DNA of 64,000 nucleotides from Patescibacteria group bacterium (GTDB lineage: Bacteria > Patescibacteriota > Microgenomatia > UBA1406): positions 2,434 through 66,433 of the forward strand of contig JBAYJK010000004.1 of NCBI GenBank assembly GCA_041665145.1. Reading direction: 5' to 3'. The first letter of the stretch is position 1; every line of letters starts with the position of its first letter. The notes beneath the pieces are model-generated. The model was not told where the DNA came from. It saw only the letters and a program-made list of their open reading frames with translations, and searched no databases. Made by a program: the position numbers and the translations under genes. Below are positions 1 through 9,200 of the stretch, one piece after another.

Positions 1-9
1 GGAGGTTCA

Positions 10-1017
10 ATGTCAAGCACGTTCAATAACATTCGAAGCGCAGCAAATACCGCAAAAAATGCTGTCGATACCGCGAAGAAAATCAGTTCTGCAGTAAAAG
101 CTGCCGGTGTACTCGGCAACCCTGTCGTCTTAACTATTATTATCGCCGGCGCGATCGTGCTTCTTTTTCTTATGATTATCCAGAGTAACAACTCGACGAC
201 AGCAGCTCAACCGCACGCAGTACAACAGAACGGCCCCACACATGGACCGATGCCCACAGACATACCACCAGTTCAAACTACGCCCGGTCCGACCATTCCC
301 CCGGTTCAAGGCCCGCCGATAGAACAGATACCGACAACACTGCAGGCAGTTATTACTACTGCTGCGCAGGCCGCATGTATTCCCAGTGAGATGCTTGCGG
401 CAATCTCCAGTCACGAAGCAAGCGGTACCTGGAGAATGAACGAAACGGACTTTAATTTTTACAACACACCAGGATGGTGGACACAGGGCATTACCAAAGT
501 ACAAGCATGTAGAGGATATGATTACAACACCTGCACCAACGCTATTTTAATTGATACTGTCGGTTTGCAGGGTCAATACTGCGGCAGAGGACCGATTCAA
601 CTTCCCTGTTATCCGAATGCGGTTGTTTCCGGGCCGATGCAATTTGAGGCGGCAACCTGGGGAGCATTTCGGGGAAGAGTCGAAGCCGCAACGGGAAGAA
701 CGGCTGACCAGCGGGTAATTTCCGATGCGTTTATGGGTGCGGCATTCAAAATAAAATCAGACAGCAGAAACACCGCAACCACCAGTTGTACCCAATGGAC
801 GAGTACAACATGGTCTCTGACAGATTTTCAGAAAGCTTCTCAAGGATATATGGGGGGAACGGGACACCCATGTATTGACACCAGCACCGGCACGACACAT
901 AATGTGTGCGGTGAGTTTTGTGATCTGTATAATGAACGGGTTGTGCAAAACAGCGGTATGAGTTCACCACAAAAACTGAATTGTGAATATTTCTGGACAA
1001 CATATGGGAGACCGTAA
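10..1017 (+). CDS. membrane-anchored lytic transglycosylase-like protein (SLT/VirB1-like)
   Basis: 335-aa ORF with GGAGG at 1-5. N-terminal TM helix, P/T/Q-rich spacer, then SLT-type motifs E-S (SSHEASG) and GPMQF (GLMQ-like). Family assigned from motif memory. Confidence 0.55.
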   Translation: MSSTFNNIRSAANTAKNAVDTAKKISSAVKAAGVLGNPVVLTIIIAGAIVLLFLMIIQSNNSTTAAQPHAVQQNGPTHGPMPTDIPPVQTTPGPTIPPVQGPPIEQIPTTLQAVITTAAQAACIPSEMLAAISSHEASGTWRMNETDFNFYNTPGWWTQGITKVQACRGYDYNTCTNAILIDTVGLQGQYCGRGPIQLPCYPNAVVSGPMQFEAATWGAFRGRVEAATGRTADQRVISDAFMGAAFKIKSDSRNTATTSCTQWTSTTWSLTDFQKASQGYMGGTGHPCIDTSTGTTHNVCGEFCDLYNERVVQNSGMSSPQKLNCEYFWTTYGRP

Positions 1018-1019
1018 TC

Positions 1020-1439
1020 ATGAATAAATTTACAAAAATATTTATTGCTATCGCTTCAGTTCTTGTTATCGGAGGAACGATTGTGCTTGCAATATTCGGA
1101 CCGAGGGAATCGGGAAATATCGAATCTCGAAATCCGAATATCGATATAAGTGCATCCCCTTATATTCCTGATGTGAAACAGAGAATAACTCCCAAAGTTC
1201 CGAAACAAGTGCTCACTAATGAATTGCGCCAGAAAATTACTGCCCAATTGCCATACGTAGGCAATGGCTTCGTGGTCGAATATTTGCCGACAGCACAAAA
1301 ATTTTATGTACGTATGGGTGTACCCACCAAGGACTCCGAAGAATATCGCGCCGCGCTTATGTGGTTGAAAAATGTAGGGATTGCCGATCCGGAAGACACG
1401 AGTGACATCCAATTCACGTTTCCGATAATCAAAAAGTAG
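1020..1439 (+). CDS. hypothetical membrane-anchored protein
   Basis: 139-aa ORF starting 2 nt after the previous stop. N-terminal TM helix (IFIAIASVLVIGGTIVLAIF). No recognisable domain. Confidence 0.5.
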   Translation: MNKFTKIFIAIASVLVIGGTIVLAIFGPRESGNIESRNPNIDISASPYIPDVKQRITPKVPKQVLTNELRQKITAQLPYVGNGFVVEYLPTAQKFYVRMGVPTKDSEEYRAALMWLKNVGIADPEDTSDIQFTFPIIKK

Positions 1440-1582
1440 TTCTTAGTTCTCATTTCTTAGTTCTTAAAGAGTTCTCAGTTCTTAAGTACCAAACTGAATC
1501 GTTTAAAAATTATTACTTAAGAAATCTTTGAGAACTGCGAACTAGAAATTGAGAACTGTAAACTATGAACTAAAAACTATTT
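1437..1582. repeat. long imperfect AT-rich 'word' palindrome (terminator-like)
   Basis: Built from words such as GTTCTTAG / GAGAACTG. Perfect inner stem TTCTTAAGTA 1479-1488 pairs with TACTTAAGAA 1514-1523. Outer arms are imperfect and boundaries approximate. Confidence 0.5.
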
Positions 1583-1606
1583 TTGCGTGTTATAATGAGG
1601 CTTACC

Positions 1607-1680
1607 GGGCCCTTAGCTCAGTTGGCTAGAGCGTCGCACTGGCAGTGCGAAGGCCAGGGGTTCAAGTCCCCTAGGGTCCA
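1607..1680 (+). tRNA. tRNA-Ala (anticodon GGC)
   Basis: Cloverleaf read by hand: acceptor GGGCCCT/AGGGTCC with the G3:U70 Ala identity pair, anticodon stem TCGCA/TGCGA, loop CTGGCAG, T-arm AGGGG-TTCAAGT-CCCCT. CCA is not encoded. Confidence 0.9.
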
Positions 1681-1772
1681 CTCTTTATTAATCGGGGTTT
1701 CCCGATATTGCTACGCTCATCGGGACTAACTGACCGTACAGACTCCCAAAGGCTCGTCAACGGTCAGTTGAG

Positions 1773-1793
1773 CAAGTCCCCTAGGGTCCACTC
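1773..1793 (+). repeat. 21-nt direct duplicate of the tRNA-Ala 3' end (att-like scar)
   Basis: CAAGTCCCCTAGGGTCCACTC is identical to 1663-1683 (3' T-arm, acceptor 3' strand and 3 nt beyond), exactly 110 bp downstream in the same orientation. Confidence 0.85.
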
Positions 1794-1798
1794 GTTTT

Positions 1799-2713
1799 CT
1801 ATTTTGGCCAGGCAATGAGAAACGTTTCAAAAACAAGGTGGTACGGGTTCAGCTTCCGTATCATAAATCGGTACTTCCCCGGCGCGTATGATTCGATAAG
1901 CGGTTTAATAAGAAAAAAGTCTTCCGGCCGATGATAGAGGGCAACAGACAGTATCGGCACGTCTTTCTTGATAGTTTTCTTCGCCCCGCGTATAACCTCA
2001 TACTCAGCTCCCTCAATGTCCAACTTGATGAGACCGACCGGCAGCGCAAGTTTCCCCGAGAAATCATCGATAGTAATAGCCGGTTTCTTGCTTCCGAGCG
2101 CTCTGTTGTGCATATGCACCGTTGACAGTTTCAGTGCCCGAATATTCTCGACACCTTTTTTGAAGACCGCTTTATCCGGTTCAAAAGAATGAACCGCTTT
2201 GCAGTGATATTTTTCGGAGAATATATATGCCGAGTCACCCATATACCCTCCCCCGTCAACTACGGTAGTTGCCAAGAGAGTATTGTGACAGGCTGGCGGG
2301 ACAAATTTTAAACCGTTATCGTAAAAGAAAACCGACGGCTCGAGAGGAAAGGAATGCTTCCAGAGACCATGATATTTCTGAGGTACCACATCTATTTTAT
2401 GAAGCGCACGCTCATCGGCCGTAAAGAGTTTCTTATCAATAAGATTGTGCGTAAAGAGATAGAAGTAGCGTGAAATGATTGACTCAGCAACAATAATACT
2501 CTCTGTATCAAGGCCGCGAAGTACGCCATGCCACTGAGCATCCATATCTTCGCGGGAAATATATGAAACAAAGCGGGATGCGAATTCGTATTCCGCGCTA
2601 TTACGCAATACATATCCCTGTTTGTTCTTCCATAATTCCCGCACGACAGCTAGTCCATCGTACAATCTGGCACTTTGGGCTTTACCGAAAAGCCGATCTA
2701 TAAGGCCGCGCAT
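1799..2713 (-). CDS. FkbM-family SAM-dependent methyltransferase
   Basis: 304 aa. Contains VVDGGGYMGDS (G-rich SAM loop) and LIKLDIEGAEYEVIRGA, the signature of the FkbM/Methyltransf_21 family. TATACT at 2720-2725, 6 nt before the ATG. Confidence 0.8.
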   Translation of the reverse strand: MRGLIDRLFGKAQSARLYDGLAVVRELWKNKQGYVLRNSAEYEFASRFVSYISREDMDAQWHGVLRGLDTESIIVAESIISRYFYLFTHNLIDKKLFTADERALHKIDVVPQKYHGLWKHSFPLEPSVFFYDNGLKFVPPACHNTLLATTVVDGGGYMGDSAYIFSEKYHCKAVHSFEPDKAVFKKGVENIRALKLSTVHMHNRALGSKKPAITIDDFSGKLALPVGLIKLDIEGAEYEVIRGAKKTIKKDVPILSVALYHRPEDFFLIKPLIESYAPGKYRFMIRKLNPYHLVFETFLIAWPK

Positions 2714-2734
2714 GGGGAAAGTATAGCAGGAATA

Positions 2735-2846
2735 GTTTTCAGTTTACAATTTCCAGTTTCTAATCAATTTTTAAAACACAGTTTTCACTGAAAATTTCTC
2801 CATTGAAAACTGAATAGAAATTGAAAACTGAAAATTGAAAATTAAT
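2735..2846. repeat. AT-rich 'word' palindrome (GAAAACTGAAAATTG family)
   Basis: Stem CAGTTTTCA 2779-2787 pairs with TGAAAACTG 2804-2812, embedded in repeated words GAAAACTG/GAAAATTG. Lies between convergent/tandem minus-strand genes. Boundaries approximate. Confidence 0.5.
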
Positions 2847-5216
2847 TTAAAGTCGTGCTCTCTGCGTTATTTCCTGTTCGACGATCTCGACCGGCTTAGC
2901 GTATTTCAAACGGGAGAGTTGGACAATTGCTTCTGCCACTTTCTTATTGCGCTTAGCTTCTTCCTTTACCATGTCTTTGGTCATATCGACATGAAATGGA
3001 GGCACCGGATCGTTGTCAATATTGGTCTTCATATATGCGCTGAAGCGGTCAACATTGATTAAATCCACCTCATTGAATACCGGGGAAAACTCATGCTGCA
3101 AATAGTTTGCGTCCGTGACGCCAACCCTGAAACCGATGATCGAACCGACGTTACCGAAAATAGCGTTTTTGACTTCCTCTTCCATCTGTCCGATAAACTG
3201 GTTTGCGACTACCAAATTCAAACGGTATTTACGGGCCTCAGAAAGTATGGTCGCAAAATCCGGTGTGGCAAAGTTCTGAAACTCGTCGACATACAGGAAG
3301 AAGTCCTTACGATCCTCTTCGGGCATATCCGCACGACTCATCGCGGCGGCAAGGATCTTCGGAATAAGCACGAGACCCAAAAAGCTTGAATTCTCTTCCC
3401 CGAGCTTACCCTTCGACAGATTGATAATAAGTATCTTTCCTTCATCCATGACTTTCCTGAAATCAAACGAACTTTTGCTCTGACCGATGATGTTTCTGAT
3501 CATTTTGTTGGTAACAAACCGACCGAATTTGGATGCGATATAGTCGAGTACTTCCGATTTATGAAAGTCGGATGTTTGGGCTATCTGATCGGTCCAATAA
3601 CGCCGGATTATCGGGTCTTTTACCTTCGGTAACAGCATGTTCACGAATTTCGGGTCGGTAAGAATACGGTTCACCTCAATGAATGTATTACCCTCCTCGC
3701 TCATGACCGTAAGCATCGCGTTACGCACGGCATGCTCGAAACGAGGTCCGACGATACCGGTGCGCTGCGGGTCGTACAGTTTATACATAAGATTAATAAT
3801 TGCCGAACACATAAAATGTTTTTGCTCTTCCGTATGTGCTTCCATGATATTCAAACCCATCGGACGGTCCGAATCTGAAGGATCAAAGTACACAACGTCT
3901 TCCGCACGTTCGGGAGGAATAAATTCGAGTAGCGCCTCGGCTGCATCACCGTGAGGGTCAATAAAACATAAACCTCGTCCTTTTTTAATATCCTGCGCAA
4001 GCATCGAAACCAGAAGCTGCGTCTTACCCATACCGGTCTTACCGATAATATACAAATGCCTGCGACGATCCGACGGCCCGATAAACACGGGGACCTTCAC
4101 GCCGCGGTACTTGGAAAACCCGATAAATATGCCGGTACTGGGCATATTGGCCGGTGCGGGAGCACGCTTCGCCTTGATCCATTTGATGTTCGGTGTTTCA
4201 ACGCTTTTATTGGGAAAGTGATAGAGCGTCGCCAGTTCGTCCGGCGAAAGGATTGAAACCTCGTGCCATCGCCAAAAATCGATGAAACCAAATGACCGGT
4301 AGACGAAATTAAACATAAACGTCGGCTTCAAAAATATGTGCACTTTGGTAAATTGATTCAGTTCGGAATTAAACTGGGCAAACGCGGATTTGATGTTTGC
4401 GATATGCATATCGGCAGAATCTTTAGTTTCCGCATTTACCGCAAAACGGATTACGGTTTCAAAACCGGGTTTTTGGCATTTCTCATCAATCTTGTCGAGG
4501 GTTTTCTGGTCAACCTTGTACGTTGCCTTCTCAGGATTTGTTTCGTTTTTACGAGTCTGCGAGACATAATTTTTACCTTCTTTTTTCCAGGTTGCTCTGG
4601 CGGGGCGTACGAGAAATTGGATGAGCGCTCCTTCGCCTTCGTTCATTTTTGACAGCGCAGACGTTAAACCTGAGAGTGAGTCGTTCGGCAAGTCTTTGTA
4701 AGTTTTGATCGGTTGATACGCAGTTTCCTTCTGAACCAAAGCGCCGAACGCCACCTTCCCCTGCTCCGTGAAAATGTTCGGCTCCTCACTGGTGGAAATA
4801 TCGGCCGAAGGATAATTTGCGTAGATCTGTTTTTCGACTAAATCTTTGATTTTCAACGGAACATGTACATAAAACAGAATCTCTCCATATCGGGCGACGA
4901 TTTCAAACGCAAGCATTGTTTCGATATCCATCATGGTAAACAAATCCGGAAGGAAGTCGTATGATTTTTTGATGGAGTACAGTGATGCAAAAAACTGCTC
5001 CGCAGCATCTATTTTCACTTCATTATCCTTGGACATTTTCACCTGCAGAACCGCCATGTCCAAAGACATTTCTTCACGTTTCTCAATCTTGTGAAACAAC
5101 ACTGCCAAGCGGAACAAAATATAGAGCGTTATGACAATGGACACGCCTACCATAAACAAGGTTAAATAGTAGAAGAGATTACTGACAATTTCCGGTGGTA
5201 TAGCTGCAGAGAACAT
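2847..5216 (-). CDS. VirD4/TraG/TraD-type coupling-protein-like ATPase (FtsK/HerA superfamily)
   Basis: N-terminal TM segment, Walker A IIGKTGMGKTQ, Walker B FFLYVDEFQNF, C-terminal EARKYRLNLVVANQFIGQ block typical of T4SS coupling proteins. Start moved to the second ATG (5216), which lies 8 nt after TATACT 5225-5230; the track ORF starts at 5222. Confidence 0.6.
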   Translation of the reverse strand: MFSAAIPPEIVSNLFYYLTLFMVGVSIVITLYILFRLAVLFHKIEKREEMSLDMAVLQVKMSKDNEVKIDAAEQFFASLYSIKKSYDFLPDLFTMMDIETMLAFEIVARYGEILFYVHVPLKIKDLVEKQIYANYPSADISTSEEPNIFTEQGKVAFGALVQKETAYQPIKTYKDLPNDSLSGLTSALSKMNEGEGALIQFLVRPARATWKKEGKNYVSQTRKNETNPEKATYKVDQKTLDKIDEKCQKPGFETVIRFAVNAETKDSADMHIANIKSAFAQFNSELNQFTKVHIFLKPTFMFNFVYRSFGFIDFWRWHEVSILSPDELATLYHFPNKSVETPNIKWIKAKRAPAPANMPSTGIFIGFSKYRGVKVPVFIGPSDRRRHLYIIGKTGMGKTQLLVSMLAQDIKKGRGLCFIDPHGDAAEALLEFIPPERAEDVVYFDPSDSDRPMGLNIMEAHTEEQKHFMCSAIINLMYKLYDPQRTGIVGPRFEHAVRNAMLTVMSEEGNTFIEVNRILTDPKFVNMLLPKVKDPIIRRYWTDQIAQTSDFHKSEVLDYIASKFGRFVTNKMIRNIIGQSKSSFDFRKVMDEGKILIINLSKGKLGEENSSFLGLVLIPKILAAAMSRADMPEEDRKDFFLYVDEFQNFATPDFATILSEARKYRLNLVVANQFIGQMEEEVKNAIFGNVGSIIGFRVGVTDANYLQHEFSPVFNEVDLINVDRFSAYMKTNIDNDPVPPFHVDMTKDMVKEEAKRNKKVAEAIVQLSRLKYAKPVEIVEQEITQRARL

Positions 5217-5235
5217 ATACATTCAGTATAACAGG

Positions 5236-5402
5236 ATTGAATAAAAGTTGAAAGTTGTAAGGCGTAAGCCTTAATAAAGCCTAAAGTTGTAAGACATAAG
5301 TTGAAATAACGGCCAAAATTAAACGTTGCATTGATTTAAATACTTATGGCTTAAAAGTTACAGCTTTATTACAACTTAACGCTTACGACTTACAACTTAA
5401 AT
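5236..5402. repeat. long imperfect 'word' palindrome (AAGTTGTAAG / TAATAAAGC family)
   Basis: The left arm (approx 5236-5300) resembles the reverse complement of the right arm (approx 5341-5400). The right arm GCTTTATTACAACTTA.CG.TTACGACTTACAACTT recurs at approx 52914-52953. Confidence 0.55.
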
Positions 5403-6221
5403 TTACCAGTTTCTTCCAAATCCATAACTTACTCCCCCCGCTCCGAAGAACGAGTACATGAGATAGTACGGCGGGTAATGGGCTGTAGAGTAAAAATATT
5501 TGATTCTTCGTACTACCTGTGTATCAAGCTCCTGTACCGATGCGGTTGACGTAATATACGAACCTTGGACCGGAAAGTTCGCACCTGCTCCCGAGCTTTG
5601 TATAGAGATCCCTGTTGCAGCATACAGCGGAACAATCGTCATGTAGCTGTACAAATATGTACCTACGGGCAACGTGATGGTAGAAAAGTACATATTCGAA
5701 AGTCCGCACGCAGATCCGTATGATGCTGTGGTCCCACCGTTTATTTGCGGATTTTGACCTCCTGTTGAGTTGAATGCATAGTGAGCAAGATACGTCGTCT
5801 CACTTATTGTATTCGTATACAAAAGCGTGCTTTGAATTGAACTTGTTGAGGTTCCCCAACAAACAGTAATAGTGGTTCCCGTATACCCCGTTAAATCAAC
5901 GTACAACGGCTGTCCGGGATTCAAGGTAACACCCGGGAGAGAAAATGTTTGACCACCTCCCGCGCTTGATGACGAGACATTCACCGTTGCGGTACCGACC
6001 GTAGTTGTACCGGGAATTCCCGCACCCGATTCCAAGCTCTGGATTGCTTTTTCAATTCCCGATTCAGCGGCAAAATACGCTTTTTGAGTTTTATCTTCAA
6101 GCGTCGCTTTCTTCTGTTCGAAAACCATCTGAGTCGTCACGGACGCACCCACCAAAGCAAATGTTGCCAACAATAATAAGGTGATGATAATCAGCTGTCC
6201 GCTATTTTTTCGTAATCTCAT
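5403..6221 (-). CDS. PilX_N-like (pseudopilin-like) secreted protein
   Basis: 272 aa, GGAG 8 nt upstream. The N-terminus RKNSGQLIIITLLLLATFALVGASVTTQMVFEQKKA...AESGIEKAI resembles the PilX N-terminal hydrophobic helix. The remainder is S/T/G-rich beta-type sequence. Confidence 0.45.
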   Translation of the reverse strand: MRLRKNSGQLIIITLLLLATFALVGASVTTQMVFEQKKATLEDKTQKAYFAAESGIEKAIQSLESGAGIPGTTTVGTATVNVSSSSAGGGQTFSLPGVTLNPGQPLYVDLTGYTGTTITVCWGTSTSSIQSTLLYTNTISETTYLAHYAFNSTGGQNPQINGGTTASYGSACGLSNMYFSTITLPVGTYLYSYMTIVPLYAATGISIQSSGAGANFPVQGSYITSTASVQELDTQVVRRIKYFYSTAHYPPYYLMYSFFGAGGVSYGFGRNW

Positions 6222-6295
6222 GTGTTTGTCTCCAACTTTTTACTTTTTACTTTAAACTTTATTTAGACTTTAGGCTTTATCCTTTAGACTTTACC

Positions 6296-9200
6296 CTAGT
6301 ACTCTCCCTGATAGTATAAAGCTCCTACTGATAATCCGCTATCTGCGTTCTTTAACGCCTCCAGCATGTCCGGTCGCGCCTGAAAAATAACCGATGGCGC
6401 AGCATTATTTCCCGCACCCATCGAACGATTAATGTATGTTGCTCCCCCAACGGCAACCGACCCCTGTACGGTCAGCTGTTCGGAGATATCGGTAACATCA
6501 TAGTTCGGCTGAGGAGGTACGGAGTCGGCAAATGTCAGCGTTCCATCCGGCACAATAAGAATTCCCGCAAATGCGGTTACATTGTCCGAAACGGTAACAT
6601 CTCCGCTCACAATAAACACGATAAAGTTATCTACAGCCACCGACAGATCACGTTCGATATTCAGATCACCATTAATAAAATACACCGACCCCGGCTGCGG
6701 GTTGATGCCGGTAAGTGTTCGGTCGCCTGTGAGTTCCGTGTATGTTCCTCCCTCAAATTGGCCCCTGAGGGATGTGTACCCGGGAATAGAGTGCGAAAGA
6801 TACGGCAAACGTTGCGGCGCACCACCTGCTGCTGCGTACCAGTTATTCGGCGAACCGTAGCGACTGTTCAGGTTTGCATCAAATGCGCCGTTTGCAACAG
6901 GAAGTCCGTTTGTCGACGAAGCATTCCTGACGGTAAAGTAACAATCAACACCTGTACACGTGGAGGTTTCGATAGCAGACGAAACACCGCTGTTGGCAAA
7001 AAAATCTCCGTCAACTGAACGCGACCATACTTGACTGATCTGCTTGACGGCAAACGCCGCATCATCATGACTTGAATCAGCAGGACGATACCCTCCGCGG
7101 GGCATCGACATATTCTCGATGGCACCGTTGACAACATTCAGCTCGCATGTTCCACCATACCGAATAAGATCCAATCCGACAATAAAATAATCAGCTGCTG
7201 TTGAGAGCGGCGCGTATGTCACGGTGTATCCAACATTACCGTTGCCGGCGTAGTTGTAATAATAATACGGCTGGTACATGTTCGTGCCCGACCAATTGTT
7301 TCCTGTCGTTTCCCACGACCCCGCGTTATTCGGAGAATAGGTAATGGTCATCGGAACACTTCCGACCGAGGTCAACCCCGTACGGTCCCCCGAGCAAATG
7401 TCTCCGGCAATATCAACACGATATGTTCCCCCGGTAATAGCAATGTCGCGTCCGTTCCAGAAATCAACAGCGTTAGTAATCGGTCCGCTGATATCCGTTA
7501 ACACGAAATTGCCTGACCCGACCTGCATGTTACCGCTCGCGAGCAATGCAGCTCCGGCAAGATCAATGGCTCCGGTATACACATTACTCAAAAACGCCTG
7601 ATTACCCGCCATCGTCGAAAAATCCAAGGTAAAACGAAGCGTGAGTATGTTTGATCCGAGGCTTCGGGACGACGTTCCCACTGTATCCTGATTGCTGCTT
7701 GATACGGGACTCTCTATCGATATTCCATTGGGTGTACCGGGCAAATTCCGCGCATCTGTGCCGGACGTAACCAAGCTCCAGGTGCCATTTCCATTATCCT
7801 GATACCGAACGCCGAAATGCACCGTACCTGCAGGGTTGTTGTTGGCATCGAATGAATTATTCTGGCTGAAATACATGTCTGCCGTACGGATATTGCTGTA
7901 ATAGAGCGTGTCAGGATCGGAAACAGCATTGTTGACATCCGAAAATTGCAACACTATCGGAATCTTCTGCGCGGTAGTCGGCGGATAGCCCGCAACAAAA
8001 CCCGTGATAATGTTCCTACTATTGCATGTAGAACCACCACAAGTTGAATTCCCAATAACCGGAACTCCCCCTGACGGAGTATTTTCGACATATTTTATGA
8101 TCATGTTATCCTGCCCGTTTCTGAATCCGCCGTTTGTGACATGGTTGGTATCGAAATTAGTTGCAGTATTTTTAGACGGAACTACGGTGGTGTTTGCACC
8201 TCCGTGATTGGTGAAATCGGTTCCCGTAAGATAGAATCCGGACGTGTTTCCGCGTATCGGCGTCAAGTTACAGTTTGCGGTACTTCCCAAGTTGTAATAT
8301 GGAAGCCTGAATTGTTGGCTCGGAACCGTGCTGAGAGCAAGCGTCGTTTGTCCAGCATCTCCGGTGTATTCCAGGGCGCAACTCGAAGAAATACTGTAGC
8401 GCGCGGAGTAACTGAAGGGGACATTGTAATTTCCCTGACTGGTGAGACTTCCGATGCCACACACCGTTTTCCCGCCCCACACATCGAGCGCACCCGCCGC
8501 ATTCGCGTCGGAAAGTGTGGTGAAAGCACCGAGACCGATACGCCGGTCAACATCTGACGTCAATGCAAAATCAGACGCAACCATATAGGCATTTGTTAAA
8601 AAATCATCGGTACAATCGGTCATGCTTGCCAAATTAATGGTGAAATTCAATGTGAGCACTCCGCCGCTGAACGACCGCGAGGACGTCCCGACTGTGTTTA
8701 CCGCACTGCTATTAACGGTATTTACGAGAGCGATATTTTGAGTTCCCGTCGAAGTAAGCGACCAGGTCCCATTCGCGTTGTCCGTATAGACCACCCGATA
8801 CTGTACTGATGCACCCGGATCCTGCACCTGTCCGCTCATATTCGTATTATTAAACACGATGAACGCATACTGAATATCAGTATATCGACCGGCAATAATA
8901 CCATCCGGATCAGCAAACGTTGCAGTAATAGATACCTGCCGATTTCTGTTACCGTCATAATCGACGACAATATTTTTGCCATCACAGGTGTTTGGGGCTC
9001 CAGGAGTGCTTGTGCACTGTCCCGCACCACCTGAATCAATAGTGAAATTGGTATTAACCGGGGTAGAATTGGTAATAGTAACCGTTCTCGTGCCGATATT
9101 CCATGCGGCGCAGTCTCCTCCTTCACGGGGAATCGCACGCAGACGGATAGTATGGTTACCGACAAACGGAACACCGGCAAACGTCGCGAGATTTGCCGTC

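Noticed and set aside
1684-1793. Second tRNA or tRNA pseudogene downstream of tRNA-Ala.
   Set aside because: Only the 3' 21 nt are tRNA-like. No 5' acceptor strand, D-arm or anticodon arm can be paired, so it is better explained as an att-like duplication.
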